Assembly: GCF_006345805.1 (NCBI RefSeq) | Contig: NC_043003.1 | Span: forward strand, 106,206,001 to 106,270,000 | Origin: Octopus sinensis | Taxonomy: Eukaryota | Direction of reading: 5' to 3' | Length of the DNA: 64,000 nt | In this document: one piece after another, positions 25,513 through 38,109 of the stretch | Numbering within the stretch: position 1 is the stretch's first letter | How the letters are laid out: every line of letters starts with the position of its first letter | Translations under genes and position numbers: made by a program | The notes under the pieces: model-generated | Told to the model about the DNA's origin: nothing | The model's database searches: none | Seen by the model: the letters and a program-made list of their open reading frames with translations, nothing else

Positions 25513-26999
25513 AACATTTATGTGACCAAAAGTCAACCCTGATAGGATTTCAACTTGTGAATATTAGAAAATGTTTTGTGTTTCTCTTGATGAAATGAAA
25601 AATCTGAATTTGTTTGTTTTGTCAATGAAAGCCATTACGAGTTTCATTATGAATTTGCTTTCTTTACAGACAAGAAAACTTTCAAGACAGATTGACATTA
25701 AAGATGTGATTTTTGTTCTTTTTAGGAGAGGTAAGAGTAAATGTGGTGTTTTTGGGAAACAGGAAGGCAGAGGAAAAAATGAAGGGGGAAAATAAAGGAG
25801 ATTGGAGAGAATTAAAGCAAAATCTGCATAGAAGGGGACAGAGAGAAAATGGAAAAGAAAGAATGATAGAGCAAGAGATAGAAGGAGTGAGATAAAGACA
25901 GAGTAAGAAGAGGAGGAAAATGAGAAAGAGTAAAGGGGGGGGAGTGAGTGTGTGTGTGTGTGTGTGCGTGTGTGTGTGCACAGATAGCATAGAATGGAAG
26001 AAAGTTAGAAAGATGGTAGAAGGAAAGAAGTTAGGCAGAGATACAGTGCAGTATCAGAGCAGCAGACAGGCCAGATCTCATGATGGCCAGAGGATAAGAC
26101 ATGTGCAATGTCACAGTATCCACTCAGTGGTGGTTTCCCGACTGAAAGAGGTAGACTGTGTTATAAATGTTGGTTTAAAGAACTGTGGCCTCTTTGTGAA
26201 AGAAAAAGAAAACTGCAAAAAAAACAAGTCTTTATCAGTTACTAACAGACATGCTGCATGATAGCTGGCTTCTCTTTCTCTCTTTTACTTGTTTCAGTCA
26301 TTTGACTGCGGCCATGCTGGGGCACCGCCTTTAATGTTTGTTTATATTTTATATCGTGTATTTTGTGAACAATGATATCATTGGTCATATGTCATCCAAT
26401 GGGCCAATCACTGGTTCACTGCATTTATGATGACAACAATGACAAGGGAGTGTCTCTGTAACTGGGGTGAAGTAAATATCACAAAGGTATTTTTGTTCAA
26501 ATGCACCACTATTGATTTTTTGTTGATGGGCACATACATACCTATCCACACACACACACACACCTTTCTGTATCTGCAATGAAAGACATAAAGATGATGT
26601 GTGTGTATATATGTGTGTATGCATGTATACATATACTTCATCACTTTACAGCCACTTTCCCAGCTGGTATGGGTTAGGCAGTTATGTGTGTATGTATGTG
26701 TGTGTGTATGTGTGTGTGTGTGTATGTGTGTGTATACACATATTCAGAGTTACTTCTCTTGCAGACAGGTTGGAGGACTTCATTCCATTTACACATTCTG
26801 TTTTCAGCATCATTTTCATCATTGGAATGTCTTTCAGAAGAGAACCAAATACCAAATGCATTTTATCATGGCACCAGCAGAAGAGTGGTTGCTTTGTTCT
26901 TTGCAAAACTAAAAGTGTTTTTTTTACTCTATGGCATCTTTATTCTTTCAATGCAAACTTAACAAAGGAAGGATGGCTAAGAGTGTAAAAGAGGAGTAA

Positions 27000-27302
27000 A
27001 GTGTGTGAATATGAAAGAGGAAAGAGTGCGATGGGGTGCAGAGGAGAGGCGGAGATAAACAGTGGAAGCTACATGTTGGCAGGAGGCTGCATAGAATACA
27101 ATATGGAAGCGAGGTAGACAGAGGAAAATGTGGAGGAGGAGAATGGGAGGGTTGGTTTGAAAAAGGAAGATGCCCCAAACTGGGCAAGATGGCGAGATGG
27201 TGTGAGGGCAGTTGCTATGGCATTGAGGTAGATCCAGCCACCCCCGTTAATGGGAACAAAACCCAGATTTAAAACACTGGATGGTGATGATGATGATGAT
27301 GA
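27000..27302 (+). mobile_element. Degenerate RTE-like LINE 3' end
   Basis: Traces of ARWxDGVRAVAMAL ending in a (GAT)n tail. Confidence 0.5.
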
Positions 27303-28565
27303 GCCACGCACTTATGTGGGATTGTTGTGAACACATCACACACTCAGATTATTGTCTTGTACTCTTCAGCACCGGCTCATTATTCTCAACTAACACTCTT
27401 GAATTTCCCCTTGACACACAATATGAAGAAGAGTGTGCTTGTATTGATTCAATAACCCAGGAAAGGTTACAGGGTGAGATTGTTTCAAGGACATGAGTCA
27501 CACAGAATGACTGTGAGCTGTTACAAATTAAATCCATCGTGCAGGTTCAAATTTCCAACTGAGATGTGTTTCATTGGATTTCCCACCTTGAAAACTGACC
27601 TCTGGTTTATAATTTCTAACAAAACTCTGCAATGATGACAGACAGTTAAAATACTACTCAAGATATAATGACTCATTAAAATTTTTTCAATTACAAGAAA
27701 TACATAGAATCAGACAGCCTCTAATTCAAAATAGTAACCCACCAACTCTGGAAAACGTTTTTCTCAACAAATTCCAATATAATCATAATCTACATCACCT
27801 GAAAGATATTTGTAGAAATTTTCATTAAAAAATATCCATTTTTCAGAAAGTTATAAAGAAGCAGATTTGGGAATCAGTTGAAAAAAAATGAGACAAATTT
27901 ATATTAGGTACAATTGGCATATTCAGCTTTCTATTTCTTCTTCAACGCCCAACAAATATGAAAGGGTACTGGAATCAAGATATTTTGGCTTATGCTGGAT
28001 AAAACTTGGAATTTGGAGAAATGTTTGTACTGATATTTCTGTAGAAAGTAACATTGAAAAATTTGGGCAGAATTATAAACAAAGATGTTAAAAGACGCTT
28101 TCATGCAGTGTGAGACCTCAACATTACAGGGAATAAAAATGGGTTTTGTGATTGAATTGTAAAGTATAAATCTTCAATAATAAAAGAATTCTGAAACCAC
28201 ATTTTGATAAGGAAACAGAACATTAACATTGGAATTTATAAGAATTTTTGAGACAATATAGACTTTAATAATGATTTTCTTTTAGTAAAAGTCACACGCT
28301 CCAAACTAATTAATAAGCAGCTTTCTTATGGTATAAGAGTAGACATTTGGATCAGAACAAAAGGTTATTTTATGGAATTTTCCAATGACAGAATTACAGT
28401 TGTTATCAAAGAATGTTTAACAAAATTTCAACTGAAACTAATTCAAAAATATTTTAAATGCAGTTAGCAATATAAGACTAGGTGCCCTCTCAGGTGATTT
28501 AGTATCAAAAGAGCTAAAGGTTGGAAGAGATTTCTACATTAGTAAATAGTTAGCTAGATACTTAC

Positions 28566-28640
28566 TTCAACATAGGATTCTGGAATGAGGCCTTGTTCTC
28601 CACTGGAGCTGCGAGCTTCCCACCAGCCATCCCCAATGTC
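28566..28640 (-). CDS. SH3PX1: Sorting nexin SH3 exon b (DIGDGWWEARSSSGEQGLIPESYVE)
   Basis: 75 nt, phase 0-0; ttgcag acceptor, gtaagt donor; WWE and GLIP.SYV SH3 motifs. Too short for the ORF track. Confidence 0.95.
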
Positions 28641-28708
28641 CTGCAATTAAAAACAATCAATGATTAAGACTCCTTCATTTTTATATTGATGAAATAACAA
28701 AACACAAT

Positions 28709-29050
28709 CTCTCTCTTTTCTTTTTTACTTGTTTTAGTCATTTGACTACGGCCATGCTGGAGCACTGCCTTTAGTCGAGCAGATCGGCCCCGGGATTTAT
28801 TCTTTGTAAGCCCAGTACTTATTCTATCAGTCTCTTTTGCCAAACCGCTAAGTGACGGGGACATAAACACACCAGCATCGGTTGTCAAGCAATGCTAGGG
28901 GGACAAACACAGACACACAAACATATACACACACATACATATATATACATATATACGACAGGCTTCTTTCAGTTTCCGTCTACCAAATCCACTCACAAAG
29001 CATTGGTCGGCCCAGGGCTATAGCAGAAGACACTTGCCCAAGATGCCACG
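28709..29050 (-). mobile_element. SINE family A, 5'-truncated, about 70 nt upstream of the SH3 exon b acceptor
   Basis: Matches the consensus. Confidence 0.88.
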
Positions 29051-29428
29051 TATCATTTCCTTTTTTTTTTTTACTCTTTATTTGTATTATTCGGCAGCTT
29101 ATTTTTTGATGAACTTCTCCTAATAAGAGGTAAAAAATAGGGTTTGTATTATTCAAAGTACTTCAGTATAATTTCACACATGTGAAACAACACAAAAACA
29201 GACATATTTTTTTATGGGACTGCGGTTAGATTCAGTTTCCTTTTCTTTAGCTGATGTGAGAAATATCTCCCCTTGGATGTAACACCAACCTGTCACAGAC
29301 AGCATCTCCAAATCAACTGATAGCAATTTTCTATATTTAGATGTACTGAGTCAGTTTAAGAGGAAAGTGTTCTTCTCAGACATACAATATCTCCAGAGGA
29401 TATAAACAAGTAATCCAATTCTTTTTAG

Positions 29429-29430
<2 letters not shown>

Positions 29431-29483
<53 letters not shown>

Positions 29484-29494
29484 ATATATATATA
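29431..29494. repeat. (TA)n microsatellite with one interruption
   Basis: Seen directly. Confidence 0.95.
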
Positions 29495-29690
29495 AGTTCA
29501 GCAAAAAATTAGATTCAGATGAATATGGTACTTAAGTTAAAGGCACCAGAATTTGGTATGGTATTATCCATATAAATCAAATGGGTTGATTATAATCAAA
29601 ATAAGCAACAAGGATATCCAAGGTAGTGTAGTACAATCGTTTCATGCTACTTCATTTAATTTAACAATGTAAGTATTGCATCAGTGTGTG

Positions 29691-29733
<43 letters not shown>

Positions 29734-30718
29734 TAGGTGTGACATATATAATGGCCCATTAGTCATTTTATCGTAATATAAAATGTTTTAAGTTTTGGTT
29801 AATAATGTTTACAGATTGGTTGTTATATTTATTGACAATACTTTGCATATATTTACAATTCAAATTGGTCAACCCTCTGCTCTCGCCACAGCCCTTAATC
29901 TTTTCTTTCACAACTGTTTAATCACCTCACATTTCTGTATGCCGGCCATTTTCAGTGTTACAATTTGTTCAAGTTTTGTTTGTATTTAATTAAGGGTAAA
30001 CAATGAAAAAAATGTTATGAAGCATTATACAACATTTACAACTATTTTTGCAAATAAGAATGATTCAGTTTATGGTTGAATAATGCATGAATGTATATGC
30101 AGTACCTGCATAGAGAGAGAGAGAGGGGGTGGACGGGGGAGTAGTGAGAGAGAGAGAGAAAGCAGAAATGTAGTGAGGCTGATTTTGAATGTCATCAATG
30201 TACCTGAAGTGTTATACATATCAAATACAAATACAATAGGATATTACATATATAATAAAGCAAGTTGAAAAACTTTCATTAGCTGAGATTATCTGAGAAA
30301 GTAAAAGACTAAAAATTTCCCTTCAGGTGTTGTTTAAAAAATCTAAAGACCTGGAAGAAAGGCAATAAAATAATTTGATTTAAATGTTTGTAAAACACCA
30401 AAACTCAGTACTTAATATTCCCGCAGGGGTATTTTGTCACGGCCATATTGTTGATATTAATGTATGTCACTACAATTCTCGTTTCTATATCTATTGATTC
30501 TATACTTATTGATTAACTGTAGTCTTGGCAATTGAAGAGAATATGCTTCACTAATAAGATCGAACAACATCACAATACATTCATTGCTTTCACCTGTTAT
30601 TTCGCCTGAAGTCTGTTTCATCCAACAGACCCATGATCTAATGTAGTGGTTTGGAAATAGTGTACCAAAAGGGATATCTAGGTCCATCACAGATTTTTAA
30701 AATGTATAATTGAAGGAT

Positions 30719-30945
30719 TTAGTTAGTTAGTTAGTTAATTTTTTGGCTCAAAAAGCAAGGCCATGTAGGGGGACATGGAGTTATGTACAGGGTGGTGTTC
30801 ATGTAAAGAGTTCAGGCCACTTGAGGTCAAGGGAGACTTTGAACAAAGCGGTCGTTGGCATCTTCACCATCTCGTCTGGCAGCTTGTTCCACGGATCCGC
30901 AACCCGGACGGAGAAAGCCCCTCTCCTTCGATTGAGGCACAGCTG
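30719..30945 (-). mobile_element. CR1-clade LINE 3' end, second family
   Basis: RRRGAFSVRVADPWNKLP..FKVSLD; (TAAC)n tail. Confidence 0.85.
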
Positions 30946-31335
30946 TGAGGTTAAGAAGCTTGCTTCCCCCACCATCCCATGGAATGGCACTTTGGGCAAG
31001 TGTCTTCTATTGGGCAAGTCTTAGGTCATCCAAAGCCTTGTGAGTGGATTTGGCACACAGAAACTGAAAGAAGTGCTTTGTATATATCATGTGTGTGTGC
31101 ATGTGTTAGCCTTGTCTTGATATCATGTGAAGGTTATAAATGAGTGTCATCATGGTACAAGTGAAATTATTTCCTGTCTTCCACAGGAAACATGTCCTGG
31201 CCATGGGGAAATATTATTTTGCAAGGAACCAGGTGAAGGTCGCCATGAACGGCATTCAGCTGTAGAAAATTCGTCTCAACAAAATTCCATCTGGCCCATG
31301 CAAGCATGGAACAGTGGATGTTAAAATGATGAAGA
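30946..31335 (+). mobile_element. SINE family E (family-A head with RTE-like tail)
   Basis: A-type head and CORE-like segment, then ggcattcagctgtagaaaa..catgcaagcatggaa..gttaaaatgatg. Others at about 35885-36345 (+), 21330-21558 (+) and 10033-10270 (-). Confidence 0.75.
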
Positions 31336-32048
31336 ATATGATAATTTAAGGATTTACAAAATCCATACTAATGCTTGAGCATCTTGAAAAAATACAATTC
31401 ATAATTTTGTTTTACACCATTATGATTAAGAAAACAAGAAAAAGTTTCCTTTTTTTTTACTTTCCACATAAAATGCTTTTGTAATTTTTGGTTTGGTCTC
31501 CAGTGAGTCAAAATTCAAAATGACTGACAACAACTGATTTATTGTGTTACCACTTTGACCATTCTATCAGTTTCCTCAGACACAATGCATCCGGGGCCAC
31601 GTTATTCAAGGACTTTTTCCTCAGCGTTGTCTGAGAATGTCACTTCTTGGCTCCATATACTATATACCATCCTTAAATACCTTTGCTTAGTATCTAAGTC
31701 TCTCATTTTCACACGACCATTTCTGTGTCAAACCCTCAACTCACAATCTGGCTTTCCTAAGGCAGCTACTTTCTGGAACTTCTCCATATTATGTTAACAA
31801 GATTACTTTTATCCATTTCTCCCAGCATTCCTTGTTTAGAAGTGCAGTGGGGAACTGGGCAGCCAGTTGGCAGAGTTGTCAGAGAGTCGCGTAGATTCCA
31901 TTGTGGTAATTATTCCGACTCCTCTCTGCATTCTCACTTCAAATCCACAAAAAACAAATTTGCCCTTCATCCTTTCAGAGTCAGTAAATGAATTACAAAG
32001 AACGTACCGGCAGTTATTTACCCCTTTTTTTTTTACCTTCCTTTCTGA

Positions 32049-32443
32049 CTCTCTTTTTTACTTGTTTCAGTCATTTGACTGTGGCCATGCTGGAGCACCA
32101 CCTTTAGTCGAGCAAATCGACCCCGGGACTTATTCTTTTTGTAAGCCCAGTACTTATTCTATCAGTCTCTTTTTGCCGAACCGCTAAGTGACGGGGACGT
32201 AAACACACCAGCATCGGTTGCCAAGCAATGCTAGGGGGACAAACACACACACATAAATATATATATATATACATATATACGACAGGCTTCTTTCAGTTTC
32301 CGTCTACCAAATCCACTCACAAGGCATTGGTCGGCCCGGGGCTATAGCAGAAGACACTTGCCCAAGATGCCACGCAGTGGGACTGAACCCGGAACCATGT
32401 GGTTGGTTAGCAAGCTACTTACCACACAGCCTCTCCTGCGCCT
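32049..32443 (-). mobile_element. SINE family A, full length
   Basis: Near consensus. Confidence 0.9.
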
Positions 32444-32699
32444 GTTTCTCTTTTGGGAAGAAATCAGTTGTGGTCAGACCTGGACAGGTTCAGGCTACAG
32501 CAGGCTTAAAAGTGTCCAAGATATCCTGTATCCGTATGTCAAATGATACCCCTATGACATCATCAAGGAGTTGAGGCACCAAGGCCAGGAGACCTGTAGA
32601 CACTGCCACTCCTTCTTAAAATACAAATGAAAAAGGGGAAGAGATAACCCTGTAGCTATGTGGTTCTAGTCTTGTGCAAATTGCCAAAAGTCTCAATTG

Positions 32700-32992
32700 C
32701 TTGTTATTGCCTCTACAAGGCCCAACATTCGAAGATCATGCTTCACCACCTTATCCCATGTTTCCCTGGGTCTACCTCTACCACAAGTTCCCTCCACTGT
32801 TAGAGATTAGCACTTCTTCACACAGCTGTCCCTGGCCATACATATCAGTGACCATACCAGCACAGTCATCTTACTTGCACACCACATCTGATGCTTCTTA
32901 TGCCCAACTTTTCTCTCAAGATGCTTACACACTGTCATGCGTGCACACTGACATTGCACATTGAAAGAAATGAAGCTAGTATGCTTCACCGG
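32700..32992 (-). mobile_element. RTE LINE ORF2 C-terminal fragment with inverted 5' tip
   Basis: Homologous to about 46040-46323; the last 32 nt are flipped. Confidence 0.85.
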
Positions 32993-34189
32993 TTTAATTA
33001 ATTAAAATTAACCAAAATAGAATGCAATATGGAGTTGCAGATATGTCTTTAACCAAGAAGTTTCCCTTTCATACCTAGCTCCCACTTTCTTAACTCCTCA
33101 AGCACTCATGTTTATCTCATTTTCATTAGTGTGATTTACCTTCGTTAAGCGATTGGTTCTTAACTAATTAAGACTGCTATTTGGACTTCAACATCTCATA
33201 AGTTTCAGTATTTCTGAAATCTTATATTTATTTTAAAATAAAAACCTGATTAAATGTGCTTACATAGAAAGATAGATCACACCTGGTTCACGGAGACTAA
33301 ATACAGAATAATAGAAAGGAAGTGTAGTGGTTATATATAGCCAGTATCAGGTGTTGATGTGGCTGCATGTATATTATTACAAGAGTGCATTAAGAGATGA
33401 AGAATAAATTCAAGACCTTTATATATATTAACTACATAAAAATATATTTTATTTATTGGTCGATGATGATACATGGAATCAAAATGTAGAATCTAGTTGA
33501 ATGAAGTAATCTATGCAAGAAAGTTCAGAGATAGGAAACATAGAAATAACAGCTAAGTGGTGACTTTCAGTCATGTGGCGTAGAGAAATAGACGAACATA
33601 GCTATGATGTGAATGGCTCTAAGTCTAATCAACTAAGAAGTGAAGAGGAGGGTTAGCAAGCTGTTTTTTATTAATGGAACACTAGACATTCTAGAAACTT
33701 CCAAGAGAAAGGCTAAGCTTCTTGAATAATTAAGAAACACGTCTCATGACACAGATGCTTCGAGAATCTTAGTAAAGGGAGGTTACTCTATAATCATTCT
33801 TGCAAGCATAATCATTCTACACAAGCATAAAATATGTTTTTTTTTTGCAAATTTATTTTTACAAATCACATGGTACCAAGAAAGAATTAAAAAAAAAGGT
33901 TATATTGCAGGCATCTACAACACAGGAGTAAGAAGTTTGCTCCCCAACCACATGGTCCCAGGTTCAGTCCCATTGCATGGCACCTAGAGCAAGTGTTTTC
34001 TAATATAGCCTTAGGCCATTCAAAGCCTTCTGAGTGGATCTGGTTGATGGAAACTGAAAGAAGCCTATCACTGTCTTTGTATCTGCCCCCATCAGTTGAC
34101 AACTGGTGAGTTTACATTCCCATTCCAAATTCCTGAGCAGTCCTTTCATCCAAAATATATTTATGTTTTATGAAAGGTTAGTAACAATT

Positions 34190-34500
34190 CATCATCATCA
34201 TCATTTAATGTCCGTATTCCATGCTGGCATGGGTTGGACGGTTCGACTGAGGACTGACAAACCAGGAAGCTTCACCAAGCTCCAATCTGATCTGGCAATG
34301 TTTCAACATCATGATGCCCTTCCTAACGCCAACCACTCTGAGAGTGTAGTGGGTGCTTTCTACGTGCCACTGGTACGAGAGACAGTCAGGTGGCACTGGC
34401 ATCAACCACACTTGAATGCTGATTTTCACATGCCACTGGCACTAGCATCAGTCATGTTCGAATGGTGCCTTTTATGTGCCAGTCAGGCGGCACTGGTCTC
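34190..34500 (-). mobile_element. RTE 3'-UTR copy
   Basis: (CAT)n, core and units. Confidence 0.8.
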
Positions 34501-35096
34501 ATCAAAATAGAATCTGGGAAGAGTGAAATAAAATAATGTAAAATATTTCTGGTTTTGGCCACTGCATCAACCCAGTTTTAATAATTCTTCAACAACAGAT
34601 GAAGGTATGTGGCTTGGTGGTTAGGGTGGTGCTCTCACAATCACCAGACCACGATTTCAATTTCCAGACCAGGCAGTGCACTGTGTTCTTGAGCAAAACA
34701 CTTCATTTCACATAGGTCCAGTCCAAATGAGTGACTTTGTGATGGACTGGCATCTGGTCCAGGGGAAATGTTGTGATATTGGTCACTTATATGCCAAAGA
34801 AACCAAATAACAGACCTCCAAGTCCTAAGAATTTAGACAACATCTACTTAAAACAGCAACAAGAAAAGGGAATCAGGCAGATAGCCATTACATGGCTGCT
34901 TTAAATGCTAGAAACACCAGCCAAATCTCCTTAAAATCACTCTTTGGAGAATTTAGTGTTAAATGCAGAGTGTTTGAAGAAAAGATGAAATAATAAGAGC
35001 TGGAAGCTTTTGATCGTAGGTTTAATCAGTCAGAACAGGCCTAGGGCTAAACAACAATAGTGAAACTGCTTGTTCTACTATCCTCTTTTGAATGAA

Positions 35097-35312
35097 CCCT
35101 TTCGTTACCAACCCGGCTGAAACTGGTTCTGTAGTACAAATGTCTTGTTTTCATAAATTTTGAATTAAAATCTTCCACCAAACCTTAGTCACAATTTATG
35201 TTCCCAACATTAGCTTAGTGATAACTAAGATATTTAACTTAAATTCTTTGTTACATCTAAAATGGTTGAAAGAAACACAGAGCATCTCAAAATAAATACG
35301 GTAACGAAAGGG
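35097..35312. mobile_element. piggyBac-type MITE, same family in opposite orientation
   Basis: ccctttcgttacc ... ggtaacgaaaggg|TTAA. Confidence 0.82.
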
Positions 35313-35404
35313 TTAAAACTTGAATTTAAAATTGGGGAAATAGAAGAAAATAAAAGTTGAAAAAAACGAGAAGGAGAAAGACAATCTAAAATTTTCTTCC
35401 ATAC

Positions 35405-35491
35405 CTGTCTCAAGATAACAAGAAGGTCATCCTGTTCAAAACTGAGTTCACCTCCTTTTGGATCACCGGTGAATTCATACAATGCTTTTGC
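35405..35491 (-). CDS. SH3PX1: Sorting nexin SNX9/18/33-like, SH3 exon a (AKALYEFTGDPKGGELSFEQDDLLVILRQ)
   Basis: 87 nt, phase 0-0; acceptor tttctgtttcttccag, donor gtatgg; ALYEF and ELSF SH3 motifs. Confidence 0.93.
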
Positions 35492-36461
35492 CTGGAAGAA
35501 ACAGAAAAAGAGCAGATTATATTAAGAAGTACTGCAAGTTAGAGAATGAAGTGACTTATAACGGAATTATTAGAGTGTGTTATAATTCCATTTAAAAAGG
35601 TTACTTGGGCAAAAGGTTTAACTTTGGTAAGTTAAATTTATACAGAATCAACCAATGAAAATAATTATCTGAATGCTGCAGAAGAAACTTATAACTCATA
35701 TCCTTATTTTCTGGTACAAAAAAAAGTGTAAAAAAAAAATAAAATATAAAAAATAACTTTTTAGCTCACGAACTAAATGAGCTAAGATTGGTGCTCAGTT
35801 TACCAAGAACTATCATTGCATGTCTTAATTTTTATTTGTATCTGTGTGTTTCTGCTAAGCATTTTGCATACATACACAGATGCAGACGTGGTTGGCTGGT
35901 TAAGAAGCTTGCTTTGAAACTACATGGTTTCAGGTTCAGTCCCAGGGTGTGGCACCTTGGGCATATGTCCTCTAATATAGCCCTAGGTCAACCAAAGCCT
36001 AGCAAATGTAATTGAAAACTGCAAAAAGATCATCTTTTATGTGTGTCTGTGTGTGTGAGAGAGAGAGAGAGGGGGGAGTGCATGTGTGTGTGTGTGTGTG
36101 TAAATATGTACCCTTCTTTTGGACATCACATGATAACTGTAAATGAGCATCACCATCATACAAGTGGGGTTGTTTGTTTTCAGTCTTCTGTGGAATGTTT
36201 GGCCATGGAGAAGTACAACCTGGCTTGGAAATAAGCGAGGGTTGGCAACAGGAATAGCACCCAGTTGTAGAAAACCTGCTTCAACAGATTCTGTCTGACC
36301 CATGGAAAGAAGCATGGAAAAGTGGACACTAAAGGATGATGACAAAGTCATCCTTGCAACCTATTAACTTCTAACAATCAGCATCTAGCTCACATCTTTA
36401 CACACAAGAAGTGTCATTCATTTAACCCAAGTTTGAAAATCAGCAGCATTTTATTTTAATT

Positions 36462-36935
36462 TCATCATCGTTTAATGTCCGTTTTCCATGCTAGCATGGG
36501 TTGGACGGTTTGACCGGGGTCTGGAAAGCCAGGAGGCTGCACCAGGCTCTAGTCTGATCTGGCAGTGTTTCTACAGCTGGATGCCCTTCCTAATGCCAAC
36601 CACTCCGTGATACCGGCACAGGTATCACAACTACAATTTCCATTTGATATTCATTTTGATGTTGATGTACTTGACTCAATAGGTCTCCTCAAGCACAGCA
36701 GATCATGTGCCACCAACACAGGAGCCAGTCAAGGTGGCGCTGGCATCGGCCACGTCCGGATGGTGCTTTTTACGTGCCGCTGGCACAGGTATCACAACTA
36801 CAATTTCCATTTGGTATTTATTTTGATGTTGATGTACTTGACTCAATAGGTCTCCTCAAGCACAGCAGGTAACCCTACGATCCAAGGTAAGCACAGCAAG
36901 TCGTTCTGCAATCCAAGGTACTTTGGATGGGCTGG
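36462..36935 (-). mobile_element. RTE 3'-UTR copy with internal duplication
   Basis: The block ggcacaggtatcacaactac...ctcctcaagcacagcag occurs twice (about 36615-36700 and 36782-36868). Confidence 0.8.
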
Positions 36936-37434
36936 TACTTTGGAAATTCCTTAATTTTTTAATTCTCCCAAATCTTTAAAATGAATAATGTACAAGTTTC
37001 TGATGCCTTTTGACAGATATTTTCATCTTATCAACTCTGCATGAATTTGAAATGTGAAACTATAACAACAATGTGGCTGCTAGCCATCTGCGACTGTGAA
37101 ATATCATCGCATAAATTTAGATTCATCACAATGGGCCGAGTTTGACAAGTTGTTCGTCTACTAATTGAGGAATTTGGCAGATTCTTATCTTACTGTAATT
37201 ATGAAACAACAGTGTATATCACAAAATGGATGGAATGAGATGAATGGCTGTTAGGACGATGGAGATTTGGCATGGCTGACTGGACATTCAACCTGTTTGG
37301 TGGTAGCACAGTTTCGCACTGGGAGCACACACACACAAGCATGCACACACAGAAATTATATACATATAATTGATTTTTTCGTGAATTCTCCCTATATATA
37401 TCATCATCATCATCATCATCATTTAATATATATA

Positions 37435-37662
37435 TATTTCTTTACTGCCAACAAGGGGCCAAACATAGAGGGGACAAACAAGGACAGACAAAGGGATTAA
37501 GTCGATTACCTCGACCCCAGTGCGAAACTGGTACTTTATTTATCGACCCCGAAAGGATGAAAGGCAAAGTCAACCTTGGCGGAATTTGAACTCAGAACGT
37601 AACAGCAGACGAAATACCGTTTAGCATTTCGCCCGGCGTGCTAACGTTTCTGCCAGCTCACC

Positions 37663-37667
<5 letters not shown>
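37435..37667 (-). mobile_element. SINE family C (aaggcggcgagctggcagaaacgttagc head)
   Basis: tRNA-like head with gagttcaaattcc B box; gtaaagaaat tail. Confidence 0.88.
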
Positions 37668-37707
<40 letters not shown>

Positions 37708-37724
37708 ACACACATATATATGTA

Positions 37725-37759
<35 letters not shown>

Positions 37760-38016
37760 TTTACGTGCCGCTGGCACGGAAGCCTGCCTTGACTGGCTTC
37801 CATGCCGGTGGCACGTAAAATGCACCAACTAATTGTGGCTATTGTCAGCCTCGCCTGGCACCTGTGCTGGTGGTTGGCGTTAGGAAGGGCATCCAGCTGT
37901 AGAAACTCTGCCAGATCAGAATAGAGCCTGGTGCAGCCTTCTGGCTTCCCAGACCCCAGTTGAACTGTCCAACCCATGCTAGCATGAAAAACGGACATTA
38001 AACGAAGATGATGATG

Positions 38017-38017
<1 letters not shown>

Positions 38018-38107
<90 letters not shown>
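38018..38107. repeat. Compound (TA)n-(GA)n microsatellite after an RTE 3'-UTR copy (37760-38017, +)
   Basis: Seen directly. Confidence 0.95.

Positions 38108-38109
<2 letters not shown>

Noticed and set aside
27600-28450. Possible L1/Tx1-like ORF2 remnant
   Set aside because: Too degenerate to recover a diagnostic motif by eye.
30799-31017. 72-aa ORF
   Set aside because: Chimeric read-through from an antisense SINE head into a CR1 3' end.
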